From positions 8,912-72,911 of the forward strand of contig JAVBPT010000003.1 in the NCBI GenBank assembly GCA_031549455.1: DNA of 64,000 nt. The letters are read 5' to 3'. Made by a program: the position numbers and the translations under genes. This document shows positions 26,488 through 36,506 of the stretch, in pieces. The notes below the pieces were generated by a model. It was not told the DNA's origin. It was given only the letters and a program-made list of their open reading frames with translations, and made no database searches. Numbering within the stretch: the stretch's first letter is position 1; every line of letters begins with the position of its first letter. The DNA comes from Eubacteriales bacterium (GTDB lineage: Bacteria; Bacillota; Clostridia; Lachnospirales; JAKSVV01).

Positions 26488-28032
26488 ATGAGATTGATGA
26501 ATAAGAGGCTTGGGATTGTTTTATTATTGATAGTGGTGATTTTTTTGACATCATGTCAGAAAACGGATTCCACAAAGACAAAAGGAGAGGGCAACAAAAA
26601 TGAATCCGTAAAAGAGGTTGGGGGAGAAATAACGATCGCAACAAAGCACATCGATACTTTCAATCCAATTCAAAATAAAGACAAAGATATAGACCAGATG
26701 CTGGGTCTCATTTTTGATACACTTGTGAGAGTGGATGAAAACATGAACGTGCTTCCAAACTTGGCGGAGAGCTTTAAAATGGATAACGTGGGTGGTTCAA
26801 TCGACGTGATCATCAGACAGGACATAAAATTTCATAATGGAAAACCGCTACAAGTAGAAGACGTGATTTATACATTGGACACCATTAAAAGGGAAGCAGA
26901 CGATAATTACTATAAAGCGATGACGGCAGACATAGGAAGCTATAAAAAGATTGATGATAAAACATTAAGAGTCTATCTAAGGCAAGCGCATGCAACGGCA
27001 TCTTATGCGCTTTGTTTCCCGGTTTTATCCAGAGAGACAACCAAGGATCATCCAGTCGGCACAGGCAGATATATGTTCGATACTATGTCGAGCATGCAGG
27101 AAGTGCTTCTAAAAAGAAACCCCGATTATTTTAATAATCCGGCCTATATTGAAACCATTAAGGTAATGATTGTTCCAGATAAGAAGACAGCAATGCAAGC
27201 ATTTAGGCAAAAACAGATCGATATCATGTTTACAGATGATATGATTGCAGGACAGTATAAGAGCAATAAGTCGGTAACCATGGCAGAATATGCGACGATG
27301 TACTATGATTTCTTGGCTTTTAACTTCAACAATCCCACACTATCAAATGCGGAGCTAAGAAGAGTTTTCGCACACTCAATTCATAAAGAAAAGATTGTTG
27401 CAGATGTATATTATGGATATGCAAAAGTGGCAGAAACGCCAGTTCATCCAGACAGCTATCTCAATGCAAAAAGTACCACAGCTTATGAGTATGACACAGG
27501 ACTTGCAAAAAGTTTATTAAAAAATCTAAATTTACCGGCGGAGAGCCTAGTATTTAACCTACTTGTAAACTCTGAAAACACAGAAAGAAAAGAGATTGCT
27601 CAGGTTATCAAAAACAATATGGCAAACATCGGCATCACCATAAACATTGAGACCATCAATTTTAACGATTATACGGCTAGAGTGAATGCAAAAGATTTTG
27701 ACCTACTTCTTGGTGGATGGCATTTAAATTTAAGTCATGAGCTTGGCTTTGCCTTTCATAGTGATGAGGTGAGCAGAAAAAACTTTGGATCTTATCACTC
27801 AGATGAGATGAATGAGCTGCTACTCAAATCCTTTACGGAGATTGGGGAAGAGAAGCTAAAAGAAAATTATAGAAAATTACAAGAGTTTATTTCAAGAGAC
27901 TTACCTTATATTAGTCTGGCGTTCAGAGAAAACGTTGGATATATTAATGCAGACAAGATCAATGGAACATTGAAGCCTCTTGAGCACAATAACTTTAATG
28001 GAATCGAAAATTTGACTATAAAAGTAAAATAA
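26488..28032 (+). CDS. ABC-transporter substrate-binding lipoprotein, family 5 (peptide/nickel type)
   Basis: 514 aa with lipobox LTSC and family-5 SBP features. No permease or ATPase genes are adjacent. Confidence 0.8.
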   Translation: MRLMNKRLGIVLLLIVVIFLTSCQKTDSTKTKGEGNKNESVKEVGGEITIATKHIDTFNPIQNKDKDIDQMLGLIFDTLVRVDENMNVLPNLAESFKMDNVGGSIDVIIRQDIKFHNGKPLQVEDVIYTLDTIKREADDNYYKAMTADIGSYKKIDDKTLRVYLRQAHATASYALCFPVLSRETTKDHPVGTGRYMFDTMSSMQEVLLKRNPDYFNNPAYIETIKVMIVPDKKTAMQAFRQKQIDIMFTDDMIAGQYKSNKSVTMAEYATMYYDFLAFNFNNPTLSNAELRRVFAHSIHKEKIVADVYYGYAKVAETPVHPDSYLNAKSTTAYEYDTGLAKSLLKNLNLPAESLVFNLLVNSENTERKEIAQVIKNNMANIGITINIETINFNDYTARVNAKDFDLLLGGWHLNLSHELGFAFHSDEVSRKNFGSYHSDEMNELLLKSFTEIGEEKLKENYRKLQEFISRDLPYISLAFRENVGYINADKINGTLKPLEHNNFNGIENLTIKVK

Positions 28033-28074
28033 GCTAAGGTTCTTAGCTCTTTTGGTATAAGTTTGGAGGGGAAA

Positions 28075-28470
28075 ATGGACAAAGAAATCAAGAAAGAATA
28101 TGTTTCAATTGATGAATATATTCTGGAGTTTCCGGGTGAGGTGCAGGACAAGATGCGAGAACTAAGGGAAATCATCCGGAAGGCGGCGCCCAAGGCGACA
28201 GAAAAAATAAGCTGGGCCATGCCAACTTTTTACTTGCATGGGAACCTAGTGCATTTTGCTGCGCATAAAAGCCATATTGGATTTTATCCGGGAGCGAGTG
28301 GCGTAGAGGTTTTTTCTGATAGACTGCTAAAGTATAAGACCTCGAAGGGAGCCATTCAGTTTCCACTCAGTGAGCCTTTGCCTAAAAAGCTGATACAAGA
28401 CATTGTAAAGTTTAGAGTGACTGAAAATATACAAAGCTTTGAAAAGAAGGAACAGAGGAGAAGAGGATGA
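28075..28470 (+). CDS. DUF1801 (YdhG-like) domain protein
   Basis: ATG 28075 follows GGAGG. ...ISWAMPTFYLHGNLVHFAAHKSHIGFYP... is typical of the family. Confidence 0.7.
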   Translation: MDKEIKKEYVSIDEYILEFPGEVQDKMRELREIIRKAAPKATEKISWAMPTFYLHGNLVHFAAHKSHIGFYPGASGVEVFSDRLLKYKTSKGAIQFPLSEPLPKKLIQDIVKFRVTENIQSFEKKEQRRRG

Positions 28471-29364
28471 TTGATCTACATACGCATACCACCTATTCAG
28501 ATGGAACGTACAGCGTCAGAGAATTATTAATAGAGGCTGAAAAAGGCGGCCTGACAGCTCTTTCGATAACCGATCATAATTCAGTAGATGCATACAAAGA
28601 ATTAGAAGTAGAGGAGATTAGAGATCTATTCTCAGGGAAGATAATACCAGGATGTGAGATTACAACCACCTACAACGGAGAAATAATAGAGGTTTTGGCT
28701 TACAATTTTGATTTAACAAGAATGGAAAAACTTTTGAGCGAGAACGTATTGGGCTTCAAAGAAAAACAGCAGCGTGAGTTTGACTTGATAAAGAGGCGTT
28801 TTGAGCAAATCGGTGTACGATTTAATATGGAGAATATTGTTTTTGACTCAGAAAAAAACAGCAGCAGAAAGGCATTCCATAACGAGATTGTGAAGTATAC
28901 AGAAAACAGATTCTTTTTTACATAAAGGTTCTATCAACGCCGCGAGTCGATTTACACGGGATGAGGTATATAACCCGTTAAGTCCTCTCTACGTGGACGA
29001 GTCGTCCCTGTTCCCAACGCTTGAAAAGACGATTTCTATTATCCACGAGTCAAATGGCCTTGCCTTTTTGGCACATTTATATGAATATTCAGCAACTGTT
29101 GCCAAAAGTTTAGAAGAGCTGATGGGGCATTATCTATTTGATGGAATGGAATGTTATTATACAACCTTTAAGCCAGAACAAACGGCATTTCTGTCAAGTT
29201 ATTGTGAAACACACAACCTATTCAAGAGTGGGGGTAGCGATTTTCATGGAAAAAACAAGGTGAACCATAATCTTGGAGTGGGCAGTGGAAGCTTAGAGGT
29301 TCAAGACCATTTAATTGAGGATTGGAAAACGAAGAAATGTTCAAGGATGAATTCTAAATTTTAA
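28467..29364 (+). pseudogene. PHP-domain phosphoesterase split by a +1 frameshift in a T6 run (about 28912-28917)
   Basis: The N-terminal ORF (IDLHTHTTYSDG...ITDHN) ends ...ENRFFFT*. The +1 frame reads ...DSFLHKGSINAASRFTRDEVYNPLSPLYVDES and runs into ORF 28993..29364 (...GGSDFHG). Removing one T restores a PHP protein of about 298 aa. Confidence 0.8.
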
Positions 29365-29374
29365 CCGAAATGGC

Positions 29375-29403
29375 TTGAAATTATAATTAATCTATGATAT
29401 GAT
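29375..29403 (+). promoter_or_regulatory. Candidate promoter of the rimP-nusA-infB operon
   Basis: TTGAAA, a 17-nt spacer, then TATGAT. If real, it overlaps the first ATGs of the rimP ORF listed in the track. Confidence 0.45.
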
Positions 29404-29905
29404 GATAATAACAGAAATATTGGTAGTAAATTACCAATCTTTAATATATATAGAAGGAAAGCTTGAAAAAAAAGTAACAGAACTCATAGCAGGCTACATT
29501 GATAGCAAGGGATTCGAACTGGTGGATATAGAGTATGTAAAAGAGAATGTAGAATATTTCCTTCGGATTTTCATTGAAAAAGAAGGAGGCATCACATTAG
29601 ATGATTGTGTCGATGTGACAAGGTACATCAACCCCATACTAGACGAAAAAGACTTCATTCAAAATGAGTATAGACTTCAGGTAAGTTCACCGGGTCTTGA
29701 CCGGGCGTTGAAAAAAGAATCAGATTTTAAACGTTACACAGGACGCTTGGTGGAGGTCAAACTCTTTTCCAAATTAAATGGGGAAAAAGAGTTCAGCGGA
29801 ACATTGTTGGGACTATTTGATGATGAGGTAAAAATAGAGGACAAAGAGATTTATACATTCAGACTAAAGGAGATCGCACTGATTAAATTGAAAGTAATAA
29901 TGTAG
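29399..29905 (+). CDS. rimP: Ribosome maturation factor RimP (start codon uncertain)
   Basis: ...KKVTELIAGYIDSKGFELVDIEY...LQVSSPGLDRALK aligns with the B. subtilis RimP N-terminus beginning near 29462. There the only good RBS (GAAGGAAAG) precedes an out-of-frame TTG and an A8 run. Confidence 0.85.
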   Translation: MMIITEILVVNYQSLIYIEGKLEKKVTELIAGYIDSKGFELVDIEYVKENVEYFLRIFIEKEGGITLDDCVDVTRYINPILDEKDFIQNEYRLQVSSPGLDRALKKESDFKRYTGRLVEVKLFSKLNGEKEFSGTLLGLFDDEVKIEDKEIYTFRLKEIALIKLKVIM

Positions 29906-29917
29906 GAGGATAAAAAA

Positions 29918-30949
29918 GTGAATCGTGAATTTATTGAAGCATTAGAACAAATTAGCAAAGAAAAAGACCTAAATCCAGATATCATTATAGAAGCGGTTGA
30001 GACATCTCTTGCAACGGCTTGTAGAAAGAACTTTGGTCAAACACACCAAGTGGATGTGGTGATCAGCAGAGAAACAGGCGAGATTAAGGTGTATGCTAAA
30101 AAAGAGGTAAAAGAAGCCATAGAGGATGAGCAAACGGATATCCTAATAGAAGAGGCAAAAAAGTATAAGAGTAGACCGAAACTGGGGGATATTGTTTTAA
30201 TCGAGGTAACGCCAAAAGATTTTGGTCGCGTCGCCGCCCAAACAGCAAAACAAGTGGTGATGCAAAAGTTACGGGAAGCGGAAAGAGAAAACATGTTTTC
30301 TGAGTTTTCGACGAAGGAGAGCGAACTAGCAAATGGGGTCATTCAAAAAGTGACGCCCGCTGGGATTTATATTAACCTTGGCAAGGCAGAAGCATTAATG
30401 CTTCCTAAAGATCAAGTGCCAACGGAGCAATATGATGTGAATAAAAGAATTAAGGTTCTCATTACAGAAGTGAGTCAAACCACAAAGGGGCCTCAAATTC
30501 TTGTATCCAGAAGCTCAGGGGATTTTGTAAAAAGGCTTTTTGAACAAGAAATTCCAGAAATCTTCGATGGAATTATCGAGATCAAAAAGATTGTTAGAGA
30601 ACCTGGATCGAAGACCAAAATTGCGGTGATTAGTCATGACAAAGATGTGGATCCAATGGGTGCATGTGTAGGAAAAAATAGCCAACGAATCAACATGATT
30701 TTAAATGAGCTGGAAGGGGAAAAAATTGATATTGTTCTATGGAATAAAGAGTTAAGTGAGTTTATTAAATCAGCCATAAGCCCTGCAAAAGTAGTAGACG
30801 TTAGAATATCGGACGACGAGAAATTGGCAGAGGTTATTGTGGGAAGCAAGGAACTTTCACTGGCTATTGGAAAGAGCGGTCAAAACGCAAGAATGGCAGC
30901 CAAACTAGTGGGATGTAAGATTGATATTAAAGCCAATGAAGAAGAGTAG
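29918..30949 (+). CDS. nusA: Transcription termination/antitermination factor NusA
   Basis: 343 aa with a GTG start after AGGAGG, and S1 plus two KH domains. Confidence 0.95.
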   Translation: MNREFIEALEQISKEKDLNPDIIIEAVETSLATACRKNFGQTHQVDVVISRETGEIKVYAKKEVKEAIEDEQTDILIEEAKKYKSRPKLGDIVLIEVTPKDFGRVAAQTAKQVVMQKLREAERENMFSEFSTKESELANGVIQKVTPAGIYINLGKAEALMLPKDQVPTEQYDVNKRIKVLITEVSQTTKGPQILVSRSSGDFVKRLFEQEIPEIFDGIIEIKKIVREPGSKTKIAVISHDKDVDPMGACVGKNSQRINMILNELEGEKIDIVLWNKELSEFIKSAISPAKVVDVRISDDEKLAEVIVGSKELSLAIGKSGQNARMAAKLVGCKIDIKANEEE

Positions 30950-30957
30950 GTGATACC

Positions 30958-31224
30958 ATGCAGAAGAAAATTCCTCTTAGAAAGTGCATTGGATGCGGAG
31001 AGATTAAACCTAAAAAAGAAATGATGCGCATTGTAAAAATGGAGAATAATGAGGTAAAGCTAGATAAAACAGGCAAGTTGAATGGTAGAGGAGCATATAT
31101 TTGTAGCTTAGAATGCATAAAAAACCTAAAAAAGAAAAAGTTATTAGATAGAGCCTTCGAAATGAAAGTAAAAGAAGAAACATATGAAAACATAGAAAAG
31201 GATTTTACAAATGACAAAGATTGA
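30958..31224 (+). CDS. ylxR: YlxR/RnpM-family RNA-binding protein (DUF448)
   Basis: 88 aa, PLRKCIGCGEIKPKKEMMRIV...GRGAYIC. Conserved position after nusA. Confidence 0.9.
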   Translation: MQKKIPLRKCIGCGEIKPKKEMMRIVKMENNEVKLDKTGKLNGRGAYICSLECIKNLKKKKLLDRAFEMKVKEETYENIEKDFTNDKD

Positions 31225-31516
31225 TTCAATGATTAGCTTAGCAGCTAAATCGGGAAAGATAATCTCCGGTACTTCTCAAGTAATAGCTGAATCGAATAAA
31301 ATCAAAAAGATGAGGCTAATCATTATAGCCACGGACATAGAAGAGAGTACAAAAAAAGCGATAAAAGCGTTCATCGATAAAAACCATATTCCGTTTATAG
31401 AATATGGAACCAAATATGATTTGGGGCATTACATAGGTAAGAGCGAAAGAAGTATGATTGCAATATTGGATGAAAACTTCGCTAGAGAGATTTTAAAACT
31501 AAACGAAAGGTCGTGA
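31211..31516 (+). CDS. ylxQ: L7Ae/L30e-family RNA-binding protein YlxQ
   Basis: 101 aa. Overlaps ylxR by 14 nt and sits in the conserved position before infB. Confidence 0.85.
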   Translation: MTKIDSMISLAAKSGKIISGTSQVIAESNKIKKMRLIIIATDIEESTKKAIKAFIDKNHIPFIEYGTKYDLGHYIGKSERSMIAILDENFAREILKLNERS

Positions 31517-31520
31517 TGAT

Positions 31521-33644
31521 GTGACGAAGAAAAGAGTACATGAACTTGCAAAGGAATTGGATACAAATAGCAAGGAGCTAATCGCCAAATTAAAGGAGAT
31601 CGGGATTGAGGTAACCAATCATATGTCCACTATGTCTGATGGCGAGGTGACCAAAGCGATGAGGATGCTTGCCCCCAAAAAAGAGGTCAAACCAGTAGTG
31701 GAGAAAAAGCCAAAGGAAGAGGCACCTAAAAAAGAAACGGTTGAGCCTCAAAAAATCGAGAAGAAAGTAGAACGTCCCGCATTAGCTCATAAGGGGCAAA
31801 AGCCACTCCCAAAGATTGACCTTAGTAGGAATGAACTGAAGAAGTATGTCAAAAAGAGAACGGAAGAGGAAGAAATTGTAGAAGAGATTCCGATTGTAAT
31901 TGTACCAGAAAATATGATGGTAAATGAATTTGCGTCTAAAATCGGAAAATCGACGGTAGATGTAATTAAAACGTTGATGGGTTTTGGAATTTTTGCCAAT
32001 ATCAATCAAACCATTGATTTTGATATGGCTTCTAAGGTGGCTGATAAATTTGAGATTTTACTTGAAAAAGAACAGGAGCAAAATATTGAAGAGCTTCTTT
32101 ATACAGAGGACGAAATGTCTGAAAATGAGGATAAAGAAGAACCTCGTTCACCAATCGTCGTGGTGATGGGACACGTTGACCATGGAAAAACTTCTCTTCT
32201 TGATGCAATGAGATTATCCAATGTGGCTGTTGGAGAACATGGTGGGATTACCCAACATATTGGTGCTTCTGAAATAGAACATCAAGGGAAAAAGATCACA
32301 TTTTTAGATACGCCAGGGCATGAGGCCTTTACGGCGATGAGACTCAGAGGAGCCAAGGTGACGGATATCGCGATCTTGGTTGTTGCTGCGGATGACGGTG
32401 TAATGCCTCAAACCATTGAAGCAATTGACCATGCTAAAGTGGCGGGCATACCAATTATTGTAGCGATTAATAAGATTGATAAACCGGAAGCCAACATAGA
32501 AAGAGTAAAGCAGGAGTTGACAAACTATGGCATTGTATCCGAAGAATGGGGAGGAGACAACATCTGTGTTCCTGTATCCGCCAAAGGGAAGATCGGGATC
32601 AGCGAACTGCTAGACACCATTCTTTTGGTAGCGGAGATGCAACAATTAAAGACAAGGGGACTTGGACCTGCCAAGGGAACGGTTATTGAGGCCAAGTTAG
32701 ATAAAAACAAAGGGGTTATTGCCACATTGCTTGTAGAAAAAGGAATCCTTAATCTTGGAGATGCTATTTTTGCAGGGATTGCTTCTGGAAATGCAAGAGT
32801 GATGATCAATCATCTGGGCAAAAGAATTAAGAGCGCAGGACCCAGCACGCCGGTTGAGATTATGGGATTATCTGAAGTGCCAGAAGCGGGCGAAACATTC
32901 TATGTGACCAAAGATGAAAGGAAAGCAAGAGAACTTTCAGAAAAAGCAAAATTAAAGGGAAGAGAAAAGAAATTATATAACGCCCATGCAAATATCTCTC
33001 TGGATTCTTTATTCTCACAAATTCAATCCGGGGAAGTGAAGAAACTAAATCTGATTATTAAAGCAGACGTACAGGGATCTGTTGAGGCGGTAAGACAAAG
33101 TCTAGAGAAACTATCCAACGAAGAGGTGATTGTTTCGGTGGTGAGAGGAGCCACGGGAGCCATAACAGAATCAGATGTGATGCTTGCTTGTGCTTCGAAT
33201 GCGATTATTATTGGATTCAATATTAGACCACAACCAAATGTGATCGAAATGGCCGAAGAAAGCAAGGTGGATATAAAACTTTATAGAATCATTTATGAAG
33301 CAATTGAGGAAATTGGAGCGGCGATGCGTGGAATGCTTGCCAAAAAATATAAAGAAAAGGTATTAGGACACGCAGAAGTGCGAAGCATATTCAAGGCTTC
33401 AAGCGTCGGCAGTATCGCAGGCTGTTTTGTAATCGATGGATCTATTCATAAAAGCAATGATGTGAGGCTGGTAAGAGATGGTGTGATCGTTTATGAAGGA
33501 AAAATTGAGTCACTCAAAAGGTTCAAAGAGGATGCAAAAGAGGTAAAGACAGGTTTTGAATGCGGTATTCTATTAGAAAAATTTAACGATATAAAGGAGA
33601 ATGACGTCATTGAGGCATTTACAATGGAAGAGGTTAAAGAGTGA
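31521..33644 (+). CDS. infB: Translation initiation factor IF-2
   Basis: 707 aa with a GTG start. G-domain motifs [13 protein letters not shown] and NKID. Confidence 0.97.
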   Translation: MTKKRVHELAKELDTNSKELIAKLKEIGIEVTNHMSTMSDGEVTKAMRMLAPKKEVKPVVEKKPKEEAPKKETVEPQKIEKKVERPALAHKGQKPLPKIDLSRNELKKYVKKRTEEEEIVEEIPIVIVPENMMVNEFASKIGKSTVDVIKTLMGFGIFANINQTIDFDMASKVADKFEILLEKEQEQNIEELLYTEDEMSENEDKEEPRSPIVVVMGHVDHGKTSLLDAMRLSNVAVGEHGGITQHIGASEIEHQGKKITFLDTPGHEAFTAMRLRGAKVTDIAILVVAADDGVMPQTIEAIDHAKVAGIPIIVAINKIDKPEANIERVKQELTNYGIVSEEWGGDNICVPVSAKGKIGISELLDTILLVAEMQQLKTRGLGPAKGTVIEAKLDKNKGVIATLLVEKGILNLGDAIFAGIASGNARVMINHLGKRIKSAGPSTPVEIMGLSEVPEAGETFYVTKDERKARELSEKAKLKGREKKLYNAHANISLDSLFSQIQSGEVKKLNLIIKADVQGSVEAVRQSLEKLSNEEVIVSVVRGATGAITESDVMLACASNAIIIGFNIRPQPNVIEMAEESKVDIKLYRIIYEAIEEIGAAMRGMLAKKYKEKVLGHAEVRSIFKASSVGSIAGCFVIDGSIHKSNDVRLVRDGVIVYEGKIESLKRFKEDAKEVKTGFECGILLEKFNDIKENDVIEAFTMEEVKE

Positions 33645-34012
33645 GAGAAAACAGAAGGTTGATTAAGATCAACGAGGAAATCAAAAGAGAACTAAACGAA
33701 ATTGTAAACTATCGACTCAAAGATCCAAGGGTAAATGGTCTCATTACCATATCCAAAGTGGACACCACAAACGACCTAAAGTATTCAACGATTTATGTGA
33801 GTATTTATAATGTGCCAGAGGAAGAGAAAAAGGCGGTTCTAGAAGCCATTGTCAATTCAAAGGGGTTTATTAGAAAGGAGATTGCAAGAGAAATTAATCT
33901 GCGGATCACCCCGGAATTAAACTTCAAACTAGACACCACGCTGGACTACGCGAGCCATATGGAGGAGATTTTTAATAAAATTAAGAAAGAAGAAAAAGGA
34001 AGTAATGAATAA
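33641..34012 (+). CDS. rbfA: Ribosome-binding factor A
   Basis: 123 aa. Overlaps the infB stop in the conserved operon position. Confidence 0.9.
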   Translation: MRENRRLIKINEEIKRELNEIVNYRLKDPRVNGLITISKVDTTNDLKYSTIYVSIYNVPEEEKKAVLEAIVNSKGFIRKEIAREINLRITPELNFKLDTTLDYASHMEEIFNKIKKEEKGSNE

Positions 34013-34970
34013 TTCTTTTGTGGAAATCAAAGAACAAATAGAAAAGGCCAACAGGGTCTTAATTGCGGGGCATAAAAATCCAGATGGAGATTGCATTGGT
34101 TCAACCATCGCAATGGGCTTAAAACTAATGGAACTTGGGAAAGAGGTAACTTTATACACCAAGAGCATCCCAGAAGAGTATTATATCTTAAAGGGAGCGG
34201 AACAGTATACGTCGTGCATTGAAGAGGTATATGATACGGTAATTGTACTAGATTGTGCGGATATGGAGAGATTGGAGATAAAGGATCAGCTGTATAATGC
34301 AAAAACCACAATTAGCATGGATCACCATATCAACAATCCCAATTTTGCAGACTTTAATTATGTGGAAGAGACTTCCTCGGCAACTTCTGAAATCGTCTTT
34401 TTATTTCTGAAAGAGATGTATGGAGAAATCAGTTCAGAGATTGCATCAGCGCTCTATGCAGGAATTATATCAGATACAGGATTGTTTCAAAATAAGAATA
34501 CCACAGCAAGGACACATAGGGTTGTGGCAGAATTAATGGATTATAAAGTGGATTTTACCCAAATTATTGATAAACTCTTTCATGTAAAAACATTTACAGA
34601 AACCAAACTCATCGGGAAGGCGATTAAAAATGCAGAGATTTTTTTTGGCGGCAAAGTGATTTTGTCTACTTTAAGTTTGGCGGAAATTGTAGAAGAAAGC
34701 GCCAAGCCCAATGAAACGAGCAACATCATCAATGTATTAAGGGAAGTGCAAGGAACAGAGATGGCCATCTTTATTTACGAACCGCTTCCAAACAATGTAA
34801 AAATTAGTCTAAGGTGTAATGAACCTTATAATGTGTATGAGATTGCGACCCAATTTGGTGGAGGAGGGCATATTTTAGCGGCTGGAGCAATTGTTAAAAC
34901 GAGTCTACAGGAGGCGAAGGAAATGATGATCTCTTTGGTGGAAAAGCAACTAAATGAGGTGAAGAAATGA
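34005..34970 (+). CDS. nrnA: DHH/DHHA1 phosphoesterase (NrnA-type oligoribonuclease / pAp phosphatase)
   Basis: Motifs GHKNPDGDCIGS, DHH (SMDHHINN) and GGGGH. Confidence 0.85.
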   Translation: MNNSFVEIKEQIEKANRVLIAGHKNPDGDCIGSTIAMGLKLMELGKEVTLYTKSIPEEYYILKGAEQYTSCIEEVYDTVIVLDCADMERLEIKDQLYNAKTTISMDHHINNPNFADFNYVEETSSATSEIVFLFLKEMYGEISSEIASALYAGIISDTGLFQNKNTTARTHRVVAELMDYKVDFTQIIDKLFHVKTFTETKLIGKAIKNAEIFFGGKVILSTLSLAEIVEESAKPNETSNIINVLREVQGTEMAIFIYEPLPNNVKISLRCNEPYNVYEIATQFGGGGHILAAGAIVKTSLQEAKEMMISLVEKQLNEVKK

Positions 34971-35275
34971 TTGAACTAGCCAAGGTACAAAAGATGGTGT
35001 ATCAAAATAAACTGGACAAGGGCTTCAATGTGACAGATGTGAACAAAGAATTTTGTCTTACATATGGGGAGCTTGCTGAGGCGTATGAGGCATGGAGAAA
35101 GAAGAAAGAGGACCTGGGCGAAGAATTTGCCGATGTGATAATTTATGTTCTAGGGATGTGCGAAATGCTTGGGATTGATATGGAACAGGAATTGGTTGCA
35201 AAAATTGAAAAGAATAAGCATAGAATATATAGAGAGGTAGATGGAGTGAACACAAGGGTAAGTGAGGGAGGTTAA
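34967..35275 (+). CDS. Small MazG-like nucleotide pyrophosphohydrolase
   Basis: 102 aa with an EExxE-type helix (GELAEAYEAWRKKKEDLGEEFADVIIYVLG). Confidence 0.7.
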   Translation: MIELAKVQKMVYQNKLDKGFNVTDVNKEFCLTYGELAEAYEAWRKKKEDLGEEFADVIIYVLGMCEMLGIDMEQELVAKIEKNKHRIYREVDGVNTRVSEGG

Positions 35276-35278
35276 TAT

Positions 35279-36472
35279 ATGGACGTTGAAGAATTTTGTA
35301 ATATCTATTTTGTTGAGAGAAAAGGCACAGATTCATTAAAATGGGATGCTTTGGCAGAACGTTTTGGCGAGGATGGCCTTATTTCTTTGTGGGTTGCGGA
35401 TATGGACTTTAGGGCACCGGAGTGCATTCAAAAGGCACTAAGACAAAGAATTGATCATGGCGTATTCGGTTATAGCCTTGTACCGGATGATTATTATGAT
35501 GCTTTTTCAAGATGGCTTCGTGCAAAGCATCATTATACGCTGGAGAAGGAGTGGGTTCGTTTTGCACCAGGAGTGGTGGCAAGTCTTTACTGGCTTATTC
35601 AGGCATTTACAAAGGAAGGGGATACAATCCTCGTGTGCCCGCCCGTTTATTATCCCTTTTTTAACAGTATAAAAGACACCAAAAGAGAGTTGATAAAGTG
35701 TGATCTGATGAATGATGGAGGAAATTATACGATCGATTATTGCGAGCTAGAAAAGAAAATAAAAGAAAACCAAGTCAAAATGATCATTCATGCTTCACCA
35801 CACAATCCGGTGGGTAGGGTCTGGAGTGAGGAAGAATTGGTTCGCTTGCTAGAGATCTGTAAGCGAAACGAAGTTTTATGTATATCGGATGAGATACATG
35901 GAGACCTTATTCTCTCAGGCAATATGTTTCAATCGGTTCTTGCGGTAAGAGGCGGAGAGTATAGGAGCCAGGTCATTGTGCTGAATTCTGCTTCCAAAAC
36001 CTTTAATCTAGCTGCTCTCGCGCATTCACATATTTTGATTCCAAACCCGGACTGGAGAAAAAGGTATGATGATTATGAGTTATCACATTTGCAAGTGGGA
36101 GGGAACCTGTTAGGAAGGATAGCGACGAAAACGGCTTACCGAGAAGGTTCGGAGTGGTTAGACGCGCTATTAAAAGTCATACAACATAATTATGATTATC
36201 TGAAAAAAGAACTAATAAAGGCTTGTCCTAAAATAGGTGTGTCGCCCCTTGAGGGGACATATCTTGCGTGGATTGACTTAAGAGCCTATTTAGGGGAGAA
36301 TACACAGGAGCTCATTCAACAAAAAAGTAGATTGGCAGTGGATTATGGAGAATGGTTTGGGGAAGCATATAAAGGTTTTATAAGAATGAACCTGGCGACA
36401 AAACCGGAGAATATTCGAAAAGCGGTCAAAAACATCATAATAAATTTGAAACACGATTCTGCTCTTGCATAA
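35279..36472 (+). CDS. PatB/MalY-type PLP-dependent C-S lyase (cystathionine beta-lyase family)
   Basis: 397 aa, class I/II aminotransferase fold, PLP-lysine motif NSASKTFN. Confidence 0.85.
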   Translation: MDVEEFCNIYFVERKGTDSLKWDALAERFGEDGLISLWVADMDFRAPECIQKALRQRIDHGVFGYSLVPDDYYDAFSRWLRAKHHYTLEKEWVRFAPGVVASLYWLIQAFTKEGDTILVCPPVYYPFFNSIKDTKRELIKCDLMNDGGNYTIDYCELEKKIKENQVKMIIHASPHNPVGRVWSEEELVRLLEICKRNEVLCISDEIHGDLILSGNMFQSVLAVRGGEYRSQVIVLNSASKTFNLAALAHSHILIPNPDWRKRYDDYELSHLQVGGNLLGRIATKTAYREGSEWLDALLKVIQHNYDYLKKELIKACPKIGVSPLEGTYLAWIDLRAYLGENTQELIQQKSRLAVDYGEWFGEAYKGFIRMNLATKPENIRKAVKNIIINLKHDSALA

Positions 36473-36506
36473 TGATGAGATTTGTGATATTGTATAGCCA
36501 AGATAA

